In this document: positions 10,676 through 20,833 of the stretch, piece by piece | Position numbering within the stretch: the stretch's first letter is position 1 | Layout: every line of letters starts with the position of its first letter | Assembly (NCBI GenBank): GCA_051251855.1 | Contig: JBPOGI010000001.1 | Span: 1,792,001 to 1,856,000 of the forward strand | Direction: 5' to 3' | DNA: 64,000 nt | From: Roseibacillus sp. | GTDB lineage: Bacteria > Verrucomicrobiota > Verrucomicrobiia > Verrucomicrobiales > Akkermansiaceae | The notes under the pieces: model-generated | The model's input: the letters and a program-made list of their open reading frames with translations, nothing else | Database searches by the model: none | What the model was told of the DNA's origin: nothing | Translations under genes and position numbers: made by a program

Positions 10676-11257
10676 TTGGACCCCATCGCTACTTGGTTCG
10701 ATAGTCTCCCTGTGATACCCACCCTTCCTGACCCTCAAAGTCCTCTCCGTGAAATCCTTGCGAGCTACCCCTCAGCCCGTAGAGCCCTCTTCGCGGCCTA
10801 CCATATTGGAGGCTGCCAATCCTGTGCTTTTTCTGAAGAAGACACTCTCGCCGAGGTTTGTCGACAAAATGATATCGACGAGCTCAAAGCACGGGAAACC
10901 ATCGCTCAAAGCCATCAAGAAGAGCAAGAACTCCTAATTTCTCCTCACCAACTCCAATCGGAACTCTCTTCTGAGCACCCTCCCAAGCTCATTGACACCC
11001 GCACGCGCGAAGAACACGAAGCGGTAAGAATAGAACCTTCCATCCTGCTGACTGAAAACACCTTATCATCCTTATCTACTGAAAACACGGAAGAGAGAAT
11101 CATCTTTTACGACCATCTTGGCTCCTCCGTTTTCGACCATGTCTCTTGGTTCCGCGGCCACGGCTTTAAGAAATGCTTCGCTCTTGAAGGCGGCATAGAT
11201 GCCTACGCCAAAAATGCCGACCCCTCCCTCGCCCGTTATCGCCTCGAGATGGACTAA
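10676..11257 (+). CDS. Rhodanese-like domain protein with N-terminal Cys-containing (DUF1858-like) domain
   Basis: N-terminal YHIGGCQSC; C-terminal LIDTRTREEH...LEGGIDAY rhodanese signature. Confidence 0.75.
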   Translation: MDPIATWFDSLPVIPTLPDPQSPLREILASYPSARRALFAAYHIGGCQSCAFSEEDTLAEVCRQNDIDELKARETIAQSHQEEQELLISPHQLQSELSSEHPPKLIDTRTREEHEAVRIEPSILLTENTLSSLSTENTEERIIFYDHLGSSVFDHVSWFRGHGFKKCFALEGGIDAYAKNADPSLARYRLEMD

Positions 11258-11327
11258 GTCACACCAATCCGAAACCAGCTGATAACAAAAGAGCTCTCAC
11301 CACGTTCTTCTCCTCTCTCGTTCTTCC

Positions 11328-14300
11328 ATGATCTCCTTCTTCGCCCGCAATGACATCGCAACCAACATTCTTATGGTGGCGATTCTTATCGTGGCTGGCT
11401 GGTTTGCAGCGGAGAAAATTCCCTACGAGATCCAACCAAACGAGGTCTATAACGAAGTCCGAGTCAGAATTTCCTATCGAGGAGGTAACCCTGCCGACGT
11501 TGAGCGTGACGTCGCCATCCCCATCGAAAGAGCGCTCGAAGGCCTCGGCGGCGTCAAACGTCTCCGTACCGAGAGCAATCGCGGCGGCTGTGAGATCGAT
11601 GTCGAAGCCAAAGATGGAGTCGACCCCAAAGAACTTCTCGAAGAAGTCAAAGCTCGCATCGATCAGGTCAACACTTTCCCAAGTGAAACCGAGCCTCCAC
11701 GTTACTCTGTTCCATCGAGTGAACAACGGCGTGAAGTCCTTTCCGTTGCCGTTATGGGTGAGCTCAGCCAACACGACCTTCTCAATGCCACCCGCCTAGT
11801 CCGCGACCAAGTCTCAGCCCTCCCCGGCGTATCCACCACAGATATAGCAGGAAACACCCCGCTCGAAATTTCCATCGAAGCCAAACCCGACCGACTCCTT
11901 CACTTCGGCCTCTCCCTCAGCGACATCACCAACAGTATTCGCCGCTCGTCTATCGATCTTCCTGCCGGCCAAGTCAGCACCCCCTCCGGTAACGTGATGA
12001 TTCGCACGACCGGCCAAGCCTACTCCCGCGAACAATTTGAAGACATCGTCCTTCGCTCCCGTGACGGGGCTGAGATTCGCCTTGGAGATGTCGCTACCGT
12101 ATCCGACGGCTTCGAACAAAATCCCAAGATCGTCCGATTTAATGGCACCCCTGCCCTCATTGTCGAAGTCTTCCGTATTGGCGACCAAAGCGCGCTCGAA
12201 ATCTCCGATGCGGTGAAAGAATACGTCCGCACCTCGCCCTCTCGATTACCCTCAGGTATTTCTCTTTCTGTTTGGGACGACGACTCCATTGCCCTCCGAG
12301 GCCGCCTCTCCACCTTAACGAACTCTCTCGTTCAAGGAGCCATCCTCATTCTCATCGTCCTTGGGCTCTTTCTCAGACCCACCCTCGCCCTATGGATCCT
12401 TATCGGCATCCCCGTCGCCTTTGCCGGAGGAATCATTTTCATGCCCCTTCTAGGTGGCACCATCAACATGATGTCCCTCTTTGGATTCATCATCGTGTTA
12501 GGAATCGTCGTCGATGACGCCATTGTTACCGGAGAAAACATTTACACCAAACTTCGCGAAGGTCTCGAACCTACCGATGCGGCCATTCAAGGGACCAAGG
12601 AAGTTTCCACGCCCGTCACCTTTGGAATTATCACCACTGTTGTCGCCTTTATTCCTCTCATGTATATGCCCGACTCTTGGTCCTCGTATACCAAGCCCAT
12701 TCTTCCCGTCGTCGCCCCCGTCCTCCTTTTCTCACTTATTGAGTCCAAACTCATTCTTCCCTGCCACCTCAAACACCTCCGAACCAATCGCGACCGCAAA
12801 CGCCTCAACTGGTTCGAGCGCTTTCAACAGAAAATTGCCCACGGCTTGGAACTCTTTGTCGAAAAAGTATTTCAACCAATTCTCAACCTTGTCCTTCAAT
12901 TCCGCTATGCAGCCCTCGCTACCTTCCTCGCCATTGCGATGGCCTTTGGTGGCTATTGGAAAGGAGGCCACCTAGGATTTGTCACCCTGCCCTCCATGGA
13001 CCGCGATATGATCAACGCTTGGGTCGAGATGCCCAACGACACTCCCTTTGAGGAAACCGATCGAATGGTGAAACGTATGTATGCCGCCGCTCTCACCCTT
13101 CAGGAAGAGTTCACCGACCCCGCCACCGGTCAATCCATCATCACCAACGTCATCACCTCCACTGGCGGTTGGCACTCCCGCCGAAACATTGACCCCCGCC
13201 AAGGCTCCATCGCCTTCGAACTCCTTCCTCCCGAAAGACGTCCCAAGCAATTCTCTCGCATGAGAAATGCCGAAATCTCCCAACGTTACCGCGAAATCAT
13301 CGGCCCATTGGACGAGGAAGTTAGGCGCTTTAACATCTTCGGCGAGATGGGCGGCGGCCGCTACGGCGAAGACTCGGGACGCTCCATTGAGGTCCAAGTC
13401 AATGGACCTCATTCCCCCCAAAAGATGGAAGCCATGGACCGAATCGAAGAACTCTTCGACTCCTACCGACCTCGTGGCATCACTTCTACTTGGCATGATG
13501 CAGAGCGGGGCCGCGAAGAAATCCAACTCACACTTAAACCCCGTGCCACCGAGCTAGGCCTATCCCAAAGAGAACTCGCCTCCCAAGTCCGCGCCGCCTT
13601 CTTTGGCGAACAAGCCCAGCGTATCCAACGCGACCGCGACGACATTCGCGTCATGGTGCGCCTTCCCGAAAAAGACCGCGAAACCCTCGACACTCTCGAC
13701 AACCTCACCCTGCGCGCCCCCGGTGGAGCAGAAATCCCCTTCTCCGCAGCAGCCGACATCAAATTCACTCAGGCACCAGGGAAGCTCAATCGCATCAACG
13801 GTTCCCAGATCAATGAGTTCCGAGGCGAAGTCCGCGACGACGAAGTCCCCATCATGAGCATCGCCAAAGATGCGGCGCCGCAAATCGACGGAATCCTAGC
13901 AGGAACCGGCCTTACCTGGCAATACACCGGATTCATCGCCGACGATGGCGAAACCCTCCGCCGCACCCTCCTCGGCGCCGGGCTCCTTATCCTCACCCTC
14001 TATGCCCTTCTCGCTATTCCCTTCAAATCCATCATCCAACCCCTCTTCGTTTTACTCGCCATCCCCTTTGGCGTTATTGGGGCCATGCTCGGACACATCA
14101 TTCTTGACCAAACTCCCTCTTGGCTCTCGGTATTCGGCATCCTCGCTCTCACTGGCGTCGTCGTAAACGACTCTCTCGTCCTCGTCGACTTTATCAACCG
14201 TCGACGTGAATCCGGCCTCGACCTTCACCAAGCCGTTCTCCAAGCAGGGGCCAGACGCTTTCGTCCCATTCTACTCACTTCCCTCACCACCTTCGCTGGC

Positions 14301-14531
14301 CTCATGCCCCTCATGGCGGAAACCTCTCTCCAAGCCCAATTCCTCAAGCCTATGGCCATCTCCCTCGCTTACGGAATCCTTTTCGCCACCTTCATCACTC
14401 TCCTCCTAATTCCTACCGCCTACCTCATCACCGAAGACATCAAGAACCTCTTCCAAAAATTCTGCCAGTGGTATCAAGCTCCCTTTAAGGACAAAGAACA
14501 GACTCGCAAAGTAGCGGAAGAAAAGGCCTGA
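11328..14531 (+). CDS. RND efflux transporter permease (AcrB/AcrD/AcrF family)
   Basis: 1067 aa with RND topology; motifs GIVVDDAIV and RFRPILLTSLTT. Confidence 0.95.
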   Translation: MISFFARNDIATNILMVAILIVAGWFAAEKIPYEIQPNEVYNEVRVRISYRGGNPADVERDVAIPIERALEGLGGVKRLRTESNRGGCEIDVEAKDGVDPKELLEEVKARIDQVNTFPSETEPPRYSVPSSEQRREVLSVAVMGELSQHDLLNATRLVRDQVSALPGVSTTDIAGNTPLEISIEAKPDRLLHFGLSLSDITNSIRRSSIDLPAGQVSTPSGNVMIRTTGQAYSREQFEDIVLRSRDGAEIRLGDVATVSDGFEQNPKIVRFNGTPALIVEVFRIGDQSALEISDAVKEYVRTSPSRLPSGISLSVWDDDSIALRGRLSTLTNSLVQGAILILIVLGLFLRPTLALWILIGIPVAFAGGIIFMPLLGGTINMMSLFGFIIVLGIVVDDAIVTGENIYTKLREGLEPTDAAIQGTKEVSTPVTFGIITTVVAFIPLMYMPDSWSSYTKPILPVVAPVLLFSLIESKLILPCHLKHLRTNRDRKRLNWFERFQQKIAHGLELFVEKVFQPILNLVLQFRYAALATFLAIAMAFGGYWKGGHLGFVTLPSMDRDMINAWVEMPNDTPFEETDRMVKRMYAAALTLQEEFTDPATGQSIITNVITSTGGWHSRRNIDPRQGSIAFELLPPERRPKQFSRMRNAEISQRYREIIGPLDEEVRRFNIFGEMGGGRYGEDSGRSIEVQVNGPHSPQKMEAMDRIEELFDSYRPRGITSTWHDAERGREEIQLTLKPRATELGLSQRELASQVRAAFFGEQAQRIQRDRDDIRVMVRLPEKDRETLDTLDNLTLRAPGGAEIPFSAAADIKFTQAPGKLNRINGSQINEFRGEVRDDEVPIMSIAKDAAPQIDGILAGTGLTWQYTGFIADDGETLRRTLLGAGLLILTLYALLAIPFKSIIQPLFVLLAIPFGVIGAMLGHIILDQTPSWLSVFGILALTGVVVNDSLVLVDFINRRRESGLDLHQAVLQAGARRFRPILLTSLTTFAGLMPLMAETSLQAQFLKPMAISLAYGILFATFITLLLIPTAYLITEDIKNLFQKFCQWYQAPFKDKEQTRKVAEEKA

Positions 14532-14543
14532 GTCTCTTTTGAC

Positions 14544-15680
14544 ATGAAACCGCTACCCCTCCTCCTCACTCTCTTAGGAGTCGCCCTCATTGGCGCGCTC
14601 GTCCTCACTCTTCGCAAACCCTCCGAGGACCAACTCAGCAGCTCCCAGCTCAGCCCCATTCCCGACGCGCCCCTCCCCATCGACTTTCAGGAGCCGGAAT
14701 TCCCTCTCCCGCAACCACCCATCCTCGAAGAAAACCTCACCCCCGATCCTCAACTCGTTTCCTTCGTAGAAGGTCACCTTGGCCTGACCTTCAGCAAACC
14801 ACCCATCTTCACCCCCACCCCAGCCGAAGACATCATTGGTCCTATCGAACTAGGCATCGCTGACCACCTCACACACAAACAACTCACTGAACTCAACCTT
14901 GTTTGCCACCGACTTAAACTCTTACCAGCCTTCCAGCAAATCGACCACAATGCCGTCACCATTCTCGCCGGCGAAGTCCGAGGCCTTATCACACCCACCC
15001 GTAACCTCGTCCTTAACGACCTTCAACCCTCTTCCCCACCCGAACAAGCTGCCCTTGTCAACCTCCTCGCCCAGCGACTCCTGACCCAAGAGATCCCATT
15101 TCCTAAAAAGAGTGCCTCCATTGACCAAATCCTAGCTCGTCACTTCACAGTCCAAAGCCTCTCTTTCGCCGCCGAAAAAGAATTCCGTAAAACTCTCCCC
15201 GAGTATCCCGCCTCCCTCAACGAGAACCTTCGCGAAAGCATCCTCCTTGGCCTCCCCGCCTTCTTCCACGAACTCTCCACCTTCTCAGAATTCCATCTCT
15301 GGAAGAAACTTCAGGCCAGCACTCCGTCCCAAGCCATCGCCCAACTTTCAACCATCTCGTCAACCCCGTCGCGAGACCTTCTAGCCTTTCCCTTTGCAAC
15401 TGAGCCCTCCAACGAATCCAGTCACCTCGGAGCCATCCCCCTCTACCTCATCCTCCTTGAAGCCACCGATCCCACCACCGCCAGCACTCTCGCCACCGCT
15501 CTCATTGGCGACTCCATCGAACTCAACGAAGACCTTCTCACTTGGACTCTCACTTTCTCATCTGAAAAAAGCGTCCCTCGCGCTGCCGAGTTCTTCCGCA
15601 GCTACTTCTCCCTTCGCGACTCAGAACGAAAAATCAAAATTACCGTCGATTCTAACCAACTGCTTATCCAAAGCCGATAA
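14544..15680 (+). CDS. Hypothetical membrane-anchored protein
   Basis: 378 aa ORF, N-terminal hydrophobic anchor, 12 bp after the RND gene. Confidence 0.7.
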   Translation: MKPLPLLLTLLGVALIGALVLTLRKPSEDQLSSSQLSPIPDAPLPIDFQEPEFPLPQPPILEENLTPDPQLVSFVEGHLGLTFSKPPIFTPTPAEDIIGPIELGIADHLTHKQLTELNLVCHRLKLLPAFQQIDHNAVTILAGEVRGLITPTRNLVLNDLQPSSPPEQAALVNLLAQRLLTQEIPFPKKSASIDQILARHFTVQSLSFAAEKEFRKTLPEYPASLNENLRESILLGLPAFFHELSTFSEFHLWKKLQASTPSQAIAQLSTISSTPSRDLLAFPFATEPSNESSHLGAIPLYLILLEATDPTTASTLATALIGDSIELNEDLLTWTLTFSSEKSVPRAAEFFRSYFSLRDSERKIKITVDSNQLLIQSR

Positions 15681-15729
15681 GCTCGGAGGCCTTGGCTTCG
15701 CGACACTTTGATTCGAAAGCGATCCCACC

Positions 15730-16581
15730 CTACAGGGCGCCTCCACTCCAAGACAGCTTCTTCCTCAGCGTCTCATAGAACGAGTGCCCGGGCAATCTCA
15801 CCACCCGCAGCGGTTCTGGAGCCTTATCAACGACCACCACACTATCCGGTGCTACTCTCAGAATATCCCTGCCATCTACCGTGAACAAAATAGGTTCCGG
15901 ATGATTTGCGCTGGGCGAAAGCTCTACCACCGAATCATCACCAATCACTAATGAACGGCCACTCAAGGTATGCGGACAAATCGGCGTCATCACCATCACC
16001 TCAGCCCTCGGCCCCACCAGCGGGCCGCCTGCTGCCAACGAGTAAGCCGTCGAACCAGTCGGAGTAGCTACAATCAAACCATCGGCCCGATATTCATTCA
16101 AAATCTCGCCATCCACCTTTGCCTCCAGCGAGACCAACCTTCCCGTCTCACCCCTCATTAAAACCACTTCGTTCAACGCCAAAAATTCGTGCTCTACTCC
16201 CTCGTCATCAAACATTCGCACCCGCAGCATACTCCGTTCAATTTCCAGATGCTCCCCCACCGTCACCACCTCTGCCAACTCATCAACTTGCTCATCCTGA
16301 CAAGCTGTCAAAAAACCAAGATGACCAATATTTACTCCCGCTACCGGCACCGGACAACCGCCCATGCGATGCAACGTCTCCAAGAACGTCCCATCTCCCC
16401 CAATAGAGATCACCAAATCCGTCCCTTCCCAGAACTTTTCAACTCCTGGCATTCCGACGACTTCGCCACCCTCAGTATCAATCACCACTGACCAGCCCCG
16501 CTGCTCAAAAGCAGTCCGCACCCGTCCAAAAGCCTCCACCACGTCTGGCTTCCGTGGATTGACAAAAACTCCTAATTTCAT
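15730..16581 (-). CDS. nadK: NAD(+) kinase
   Basis: Motifs GGDGT, GHLGFL, LNE, DGLIVATPTGSTAYSLAAGGP. Confidence 0.95.
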   Translation of the reverse strand: MKLGVFVNPRKPDVVEAFGRVRTAFEQRGWSVVIDTEGGEVVGMPGVEKFWEGTDLVISIGGDGTFLETLHRMGGCPVPVAGVNIGHLGFLTACQDEQVDELAEVVTVGEHLEIERSMLRVRMFDDEGVEHEFLALNEVVLMRGETGRLVSLEAKVDGEILNEYRADGLIVATPTGSTAYSLAAGGPLVGPRAEVMVMTPICPHTLSGRSLVIGDDSVVELSPSANHPEPILFTVDGRDILRVAPDSVVVVDKAPEPLRVVRLPGHSFYETLRKKLSWSGGAL

Positions 16582-16609
16582 TCCCGAGTAGTGTGACCGA
16601 CTTTTGCCC

Positions 16610-17329
16610 TTAAAACCATCCTAAGAATTCCACATTGCCATCCATCCCTTGAATCGGGCTCTCAATCACTCCCCGCCACTCTCTCCCCGACTCCTCGACA
16701 AAGCCTCTAATCTTATCCACCGCCTTCTGCCTCAGCTCTGGCTCTCGCACGATTCCTCCCTTACTCACCTCATCCCGCGACAACTCGAACTGCGGTTTAA
16801 TTAGCGCCACCACCTGCCCCTCCTCCTTCAAAACCGAGAAAACCGCCGGCAACACCTTCGTCATCGAAATAAAGGACAAATCCAACACCGCTATATCTAC
16901 CGGCTCTCCCAAATCCGCTACCGTCAAATTGCGCGAATTGAACTTCTCCTTCACAATCACTCGCGGATCCGTCCGCAGCTTATACACCAATTGATTCGTC
17001 CCCACATCCACCGCATGCACCCGCGACGCTCCCCTTTGTAAAAGGCAATCCGTAAAGCCCCCCGTCGACGATCCCGTATCGAGACAAACAAAGTCCGTCA
17101 CCTCGATGCCAAACTGCTCCAGCGCCCCCTCCAATTTCAGCCCCCCACGCCCCACGAACTTTGGCTTCTCACGCACGCTCAAGTCACCATCGACTGGCAC
17201 CTTCGTCGAAGCCTTACTCACACGCTCCGTCCCCAAGAACACCTCGCCTGCCATCACGAGACGCTTCGCGATCTCGCGCGACTCACACAGTCCACGCGAT
17301 ACTAACAAACTATCGACTCGTTCTTTCAC
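16610..17329 (-). CDS. tlyA: TlyA family rRNA methyltransferase
   Basis: N-terminal S4 domain; GSSTGGFTD, DVGTNQL, DLSFIS, LIKPQFE. Confidence 0.93.
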   Translation of the reverse strand: MKERVDSLLVSRGLCESREIAKRLVMAGEVFLGTERVSKASTKVPVDGDLSVREKPKFVGRGGLKLEGALEQFGIEVTDFVCLDTGSSTGGFTDCLLQRGASRVHAVDVGTNQLVYKLRTDPRVIVKEKFNSRNLTVADLGEPVDIAVLDLSFISMTKVLPAVFSVLKEEGQVVALIKPQFELSRDEVSKGGIVREPELRQKAVDKIRGFVEESGREWRGVIESPIQGMDGNVEFLGWF

Positions 17330-18438
17330 GCGCGGTTAATGGCATCAATCATCATTCTCAACTTCCCAAAACTGCCCTTTCGATTACGAAAAACCAACCG
17401 CGGCAACTCACTCAACTCAGGCTCATCATCTTCGGCCTCCAACGGACCACTCATTTCCATCGGCCCTGACGTCACCAGAGTCGCAAAATCCTCCTCTAAC
17501 TGAGCAACAAACTCCGCACTCAACTCCTTCTTTAACCGAATGACAATCTTATCCCCCACATAACGGTAGCTGTGATAATTGCGGTAGAACCCTGTAATCT
17601 CGGCCACTGCCTCCTCGACATCATCCGTCACTTTGAATAGCGCAAAGTCATGATCCGAAATTAACTTCAACCGGTGCAAATGCTCCTCAATGAATTGATT
17701 CCAAAACTTCCAATAAGTGCCCCCCGGCGCATCTAACAACACAATTGGATAGACCGTCGCCTTCCCCGTCTGAATCAATGTTAGCGCCTCGAAAACCTCA
17801 TCCATCGTCCCAAAACCACCCGGACAACCCACCGCTGCGTCCACCTCCTTTACAAAGGCCAGCTTGCGCGTGAAAAAGTAATCATAATCAATGAGCTTCG
17901 CATCGCCTTTGATAAACTCATTGGCCGAAGCCTCGAACGGCAACGTGATATTAAGTCCAAAGGAATCATCACGCCCCGCCCCCTCATTACCCGCCGCCAT
18001 GATACCTGGCCCCGCCCCTGTCACCGTCATATAACCTTCTTCGCACATCCGCCGCGCGAACTTAACCGTCGTCTGATACTCAGGTTCCTCCGGCTTCGTG
18101 CGCGCTGAACCATAAATCGCGATCTTCCGGCAATTGCGATAGGGATGAAAGACCTCCTCTGTGACCTGCATCTCCTTAAGAGCCCGATTCATCAGCTTAA
18201 AGTCGGCCTGTTCCGTGCGGCTGCGCGCCACCCTCACCGCCGTCGTCATCAATTCAGCCAAAAGACAAACTCGACTTTCGTCTTCCTCCACTTCTCGCGC
18301 CAGCCCCATAATACGGTCATCTGTCTCACTATCGCCCGTTGTTCCTACAAAAGAACACGAAAACGAACGCGTCATTCCCGCCGTAAAGTCACGTTCCACC
18401 GGAATCTTAGTCGGTTGCACCTGCTGAGCCATATCCAA
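17326..18438 (-). CDS. LOG family (TIGR00730-like) Rossmann-fold protein
   Basis: Motifs YGSART, TGAGPGIMAAGN, PGGFGTMDE; overlaps the tlyA start. Confidence 0.88.
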   Translation of the reverse strand: MDMAQQVQPTKIPVERDFTAGMTRSFSCSFVGTTGDSETDDRIMGLAREVEEDESRVCLLAELMTTAVRVARSRTEQADFKLMNRALKEMQVTEEVFHPYRNCRKIAIYGSARTKPEEPEYQTTVKFARRMCEEGYMTVTGAGPGIMAAGNEGAGRDDSFGLNITLPFEASANEFIKGDAKLIDYDYFFTRKLAFVKEVDAAVGCPGGFGTMDEVFEALTLIQTGKATVYPIVLLDAPGGTYWKFWNQFIEEHLHRLKLISDHDFALFKVTDDVEEAVAEITGFYRNYHSYRYVGDKIVIRLKKELSAEFVAQLEEDFATLVTSGPMEMSGPLEAEDDEPELSELPRLVFRNRKGSFGKLRMMIDAINRA

Positions 18439-18533
18439 GAGCCTGAATCACCCACCAAATTCAGCAAGAACCTTGCGCCCGCTTTGCCGTCATCAGGAGT
18501 GGATTTTTTTCAACCCTCAGGCATGGTTTCTTC

Positions 18534-19856
18534 ATGAATCTGGCCGCTCTCCCTTCCGTGGAAAAACTTTCGCAACAACTTGCCAAAAACTCCCAACTGC
18601 CCAAGTCCCTCGTCGTTGGCTTCGTCAAGCGCCACCTCACACCCTACCGCGAACGCCTCCAGTCGGGAGAAGAACTCACCCGCGAGGACATCACCTCCGG
18701 CATCACCTCTGCCCTCGAAACCTTCGAAAGCTCCCGCCTCCAGCCCGTCCTCAACGGCACCGGCATCCTCATCCACACCAATCTCGGGCGCTCTCCCCTC
18801 GGTCACCGTGCCGCTCAAGCTGTCTACGATGTTGCCACCAACTACTGCAACCTCGAGATCGACCTTACCACCGGCAAGCGCGGCAAGCGCGGAGCCTTCC
18901 TCGAAGAAGCCCTCGCTATCCTTGTCGAAGCCGAAGCTGCCACCGTCGTCAACAACTGCGCCGCTTCCCTCGTCCTCACCCTCCGCGCCCTCATCGCCGA
19001 AGGCAAAACCGAAGTCATCGTCTCCCGAGGCGAACTCGTTGAAATCGGCGGTGGCTTCCGCATCCCCGACATCCTCGAAACCTCCGGCGCCAAGCTCGTC
19101 GAAGTCGGCGCCACCAACAAGACTCACCTCCACGATTACGAAAAGGCCATCACCGAGCGCACTGCCCTCATCCTCAAAGTCCATCGCTCTAACTTCTATC
19201 TCGGCGGTTTCACCGGAGAACCCGAACTCGAAGACCTCTTTCAACTCGCCAAGAATCACAACATCCCCCTTGTAGAAGACCTCGGCTCCGGCGCCCTCAT
19301 GCACACCGACCACCTCGCCCCAATCGAGCATGAGCCCCGCCCGCAAGAGCAACTCGGACGCGGAATCGAGCTCGTCCTTTTCTCCGGCGACAAGCTCCTC
19401 GGCGGCCCTCAAGCTGGCATCATCGCAGGTCGCGCCGACTTGGTCGAAAAAATCAAAAGCGAACCCTTCTACCGCGCCGTCCGCCCCGACAAACTCATTC
19501 TAACAGCCCTCCAAGAAGTGGTCGTTGACTACCTCACCATCAAAGACGACCCCACCCGCCTCGACCTCGTTCCCGTCCTCGAGATGCTCAACCAAACTCC
19601 TGAAGACCTGCAGGAAAAAGCCACCGCCCTTCAGGAGCGCATCGGGGGCGAATCCGAAGTCGTCCCCACCACCGGAGCAACCGGCGGCGGCACAATGCCC
19701 CAAGCTCACTTCCCCTCCATTGCAGTCAGAACAAAAGACAAGCCCAAGCTCCCTCATCTCTTCACCCGGGTCGAAGACGATCAACATCACACCGACCCCC
19801 GCACCCTCCGCGAACCATCCAAGAGTGAGGCAGTCTCGCCGAGGCAGCCGCAATAG
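18534..19856 (+). CDS. selA: L-seryl-tRNA(Sec) selenium transferase (selenocysteine synthase)
   Basis: Motifs NGTGILIHTNLGRSP, VVNNCAA, SRGELVEIGGGFRIPD, EDLGSG and FSGDKLLGGPQAG (PLP lysine). Confidence 0.96.
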   Translation: MNLAALPSVEKLSQQLAKNSQLPKSLVVGFVKRHLTPYRERLQSGEELTREDITSGITSALETFESSRLQPVLNGTGILIHTNLGRSPLGHRAAQAVYDVATNYCNLEIDLTTGKRGKRGAFLEEALAILVEAEAATVVNNCAASLVLTLRALIAEGKTEVIVSRGELVEIGGGFRIPDILETSGAKLVEVGATNKTHLHDYEKAITERTALILKVHRSNFYLGGFTGEPELEDLFQLAKNHNIPLVEDLGSGALMHTDHLAPIEHEPRPQEQLGRGIELVLFSGDKLLGGPQAGIIAGRADLVEKIKSEPFYRAVRPDKLILTALQEVVVDYLTIKDDPTRLDLVPVLEMLNQTPEDLQEKATALQERIGGESEVVPTTGATGGGTMPQAHFPSIAVRTKDKPKLPHLFTRVEDDQHHTDPRTLREPSKSEAVSPRQPQ

Positions 19857-19909
19857 AGAACCTTCCCATGGAATAGACACCCCCTCCCATTCGTCCCATC
19901 CCCAACGAC

Positions 19910-20785
19910 ATGAAGTCTTTCCTTCCTCTCCTTTTCATCCCGCTCATGGCCTGCAGCTCCCAGAATCAAGAAACCCCTCCCGAGCTCGGCACCGTCCAAT
20001 GGCAAACCGACCACGACAAAGCCCTCGCCCTCTCTGCCAAATCAGGCAAACCCATCTTCCTCCTTTTCCAAGAAGTCCCCGGATGAGGCCCTTGCAAAGT
20101 CTTCGGGTCCGAAGTCCTCAGCCATCCCCTTCTCGTCGAGTCCATCGAAAGCGATTTCATCCCTCTCCTCATTCGCAACAACAAACCCGGCCCTGAGACC
20201 GAACTATTGGAGAAATACAACGAGCCCTCTTGGAACTTTCCAGTTGTCCGCTTCCTTAGTCCAAAAGGCCAAGACCTTCTCCTCCGCAAGGACCGTCAAT
20301 TCAAGGTCGACCAACTCCTTCCACGCATGACCGAGGCTCTCACAAAATCAAAGAGAACCTCCACCATCCTCCCCCTCGTCCAACCCGAAACCGTCCGCCC
20401 CAGACTCATTGCCCTTTCCCAACATTGTTTCTGGACCGGCGAACTCGCCATCGGAGGCATCGAAGGCGTCACCAGAACCGAAGCCGGCTGGCTCAAAGGC
20501 AAAGAAGTTACCCTCGTCTACTTCGATAGAGAAGCCATCACCCAAGAGCAAATCGTCAAACAAGCCCAAGCCGAATCCTGCGCTGACGAAGTCTTCTACG
20601 GAGCCAACCTCAAAGGCTACCGCCCCGCCAGAGACTCCGACCAAAAGCGCCAACTCCAAGGCACCAAATTCGCCAGAATCAAGAACCTCACTCCCTACCA
20701 AAAAACCAAACTCAACGCCTTCGCCCGCACCAACCCCGCCCGGGCCAAAACCTACCTTACCCCTCGGCAAAAAACTCAGCTATGA
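19910..20785 (+). CDS. Selenoprotein: lipoprotein with thioredoxin-like UxxC domain fused to an MsrA-like domain (291 aa, Sec at codon 59)
   Basis: ATG 19910 gives MKSFLPLLFIPLMAC...KSGKPIFLLFQEVPG, then TGA at 20084-20086, then GPCKVFGSEVLSHPLL..., continuing without a stop into track ORF 20207..20785 (HCFWTGE). SECIS-like hairpin follows; gene is adjacent to selA. Confidence 0.88.
20084..20123 (+). promoter_or_regulatory. Putative bacterial SECIS element
   Basis: Stem CTTCG(G)/(C)CGAAG at 20101-20114 with a G-containing apical loop (GGTC) about 20 nt after the UGA. TGAGG (20084-20088) can also pair with CCTCA (20116-20120). Confidence 0.7.
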
Positions 20786-20833
20786 GACTTCAGCTCATCT
20801 TCACGAACTCTCATTTACACCCCACTTCGCCTG

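Noticed and set aside
18473..20196. Long alternative-frame and antisense ORFs over selA (and similar ones over the RND, araB and glnII genes)
   Set aside because: Shadow ORFs produced by the C-rich third-position bias of + strand genes; low-complexity translations with no motifs.
20207..20785. Track ORF of 192 aa as a stand-alone gene
   Set aside because: It is the 3' part of the UGA-readthrough gene starting at 19910.
20783..20785. Second UGA readthrough at the end of the selenoprotein gene
   Set aside because: No redox motif or evident SECIS, and a convergent gene ends about 50 bp later.
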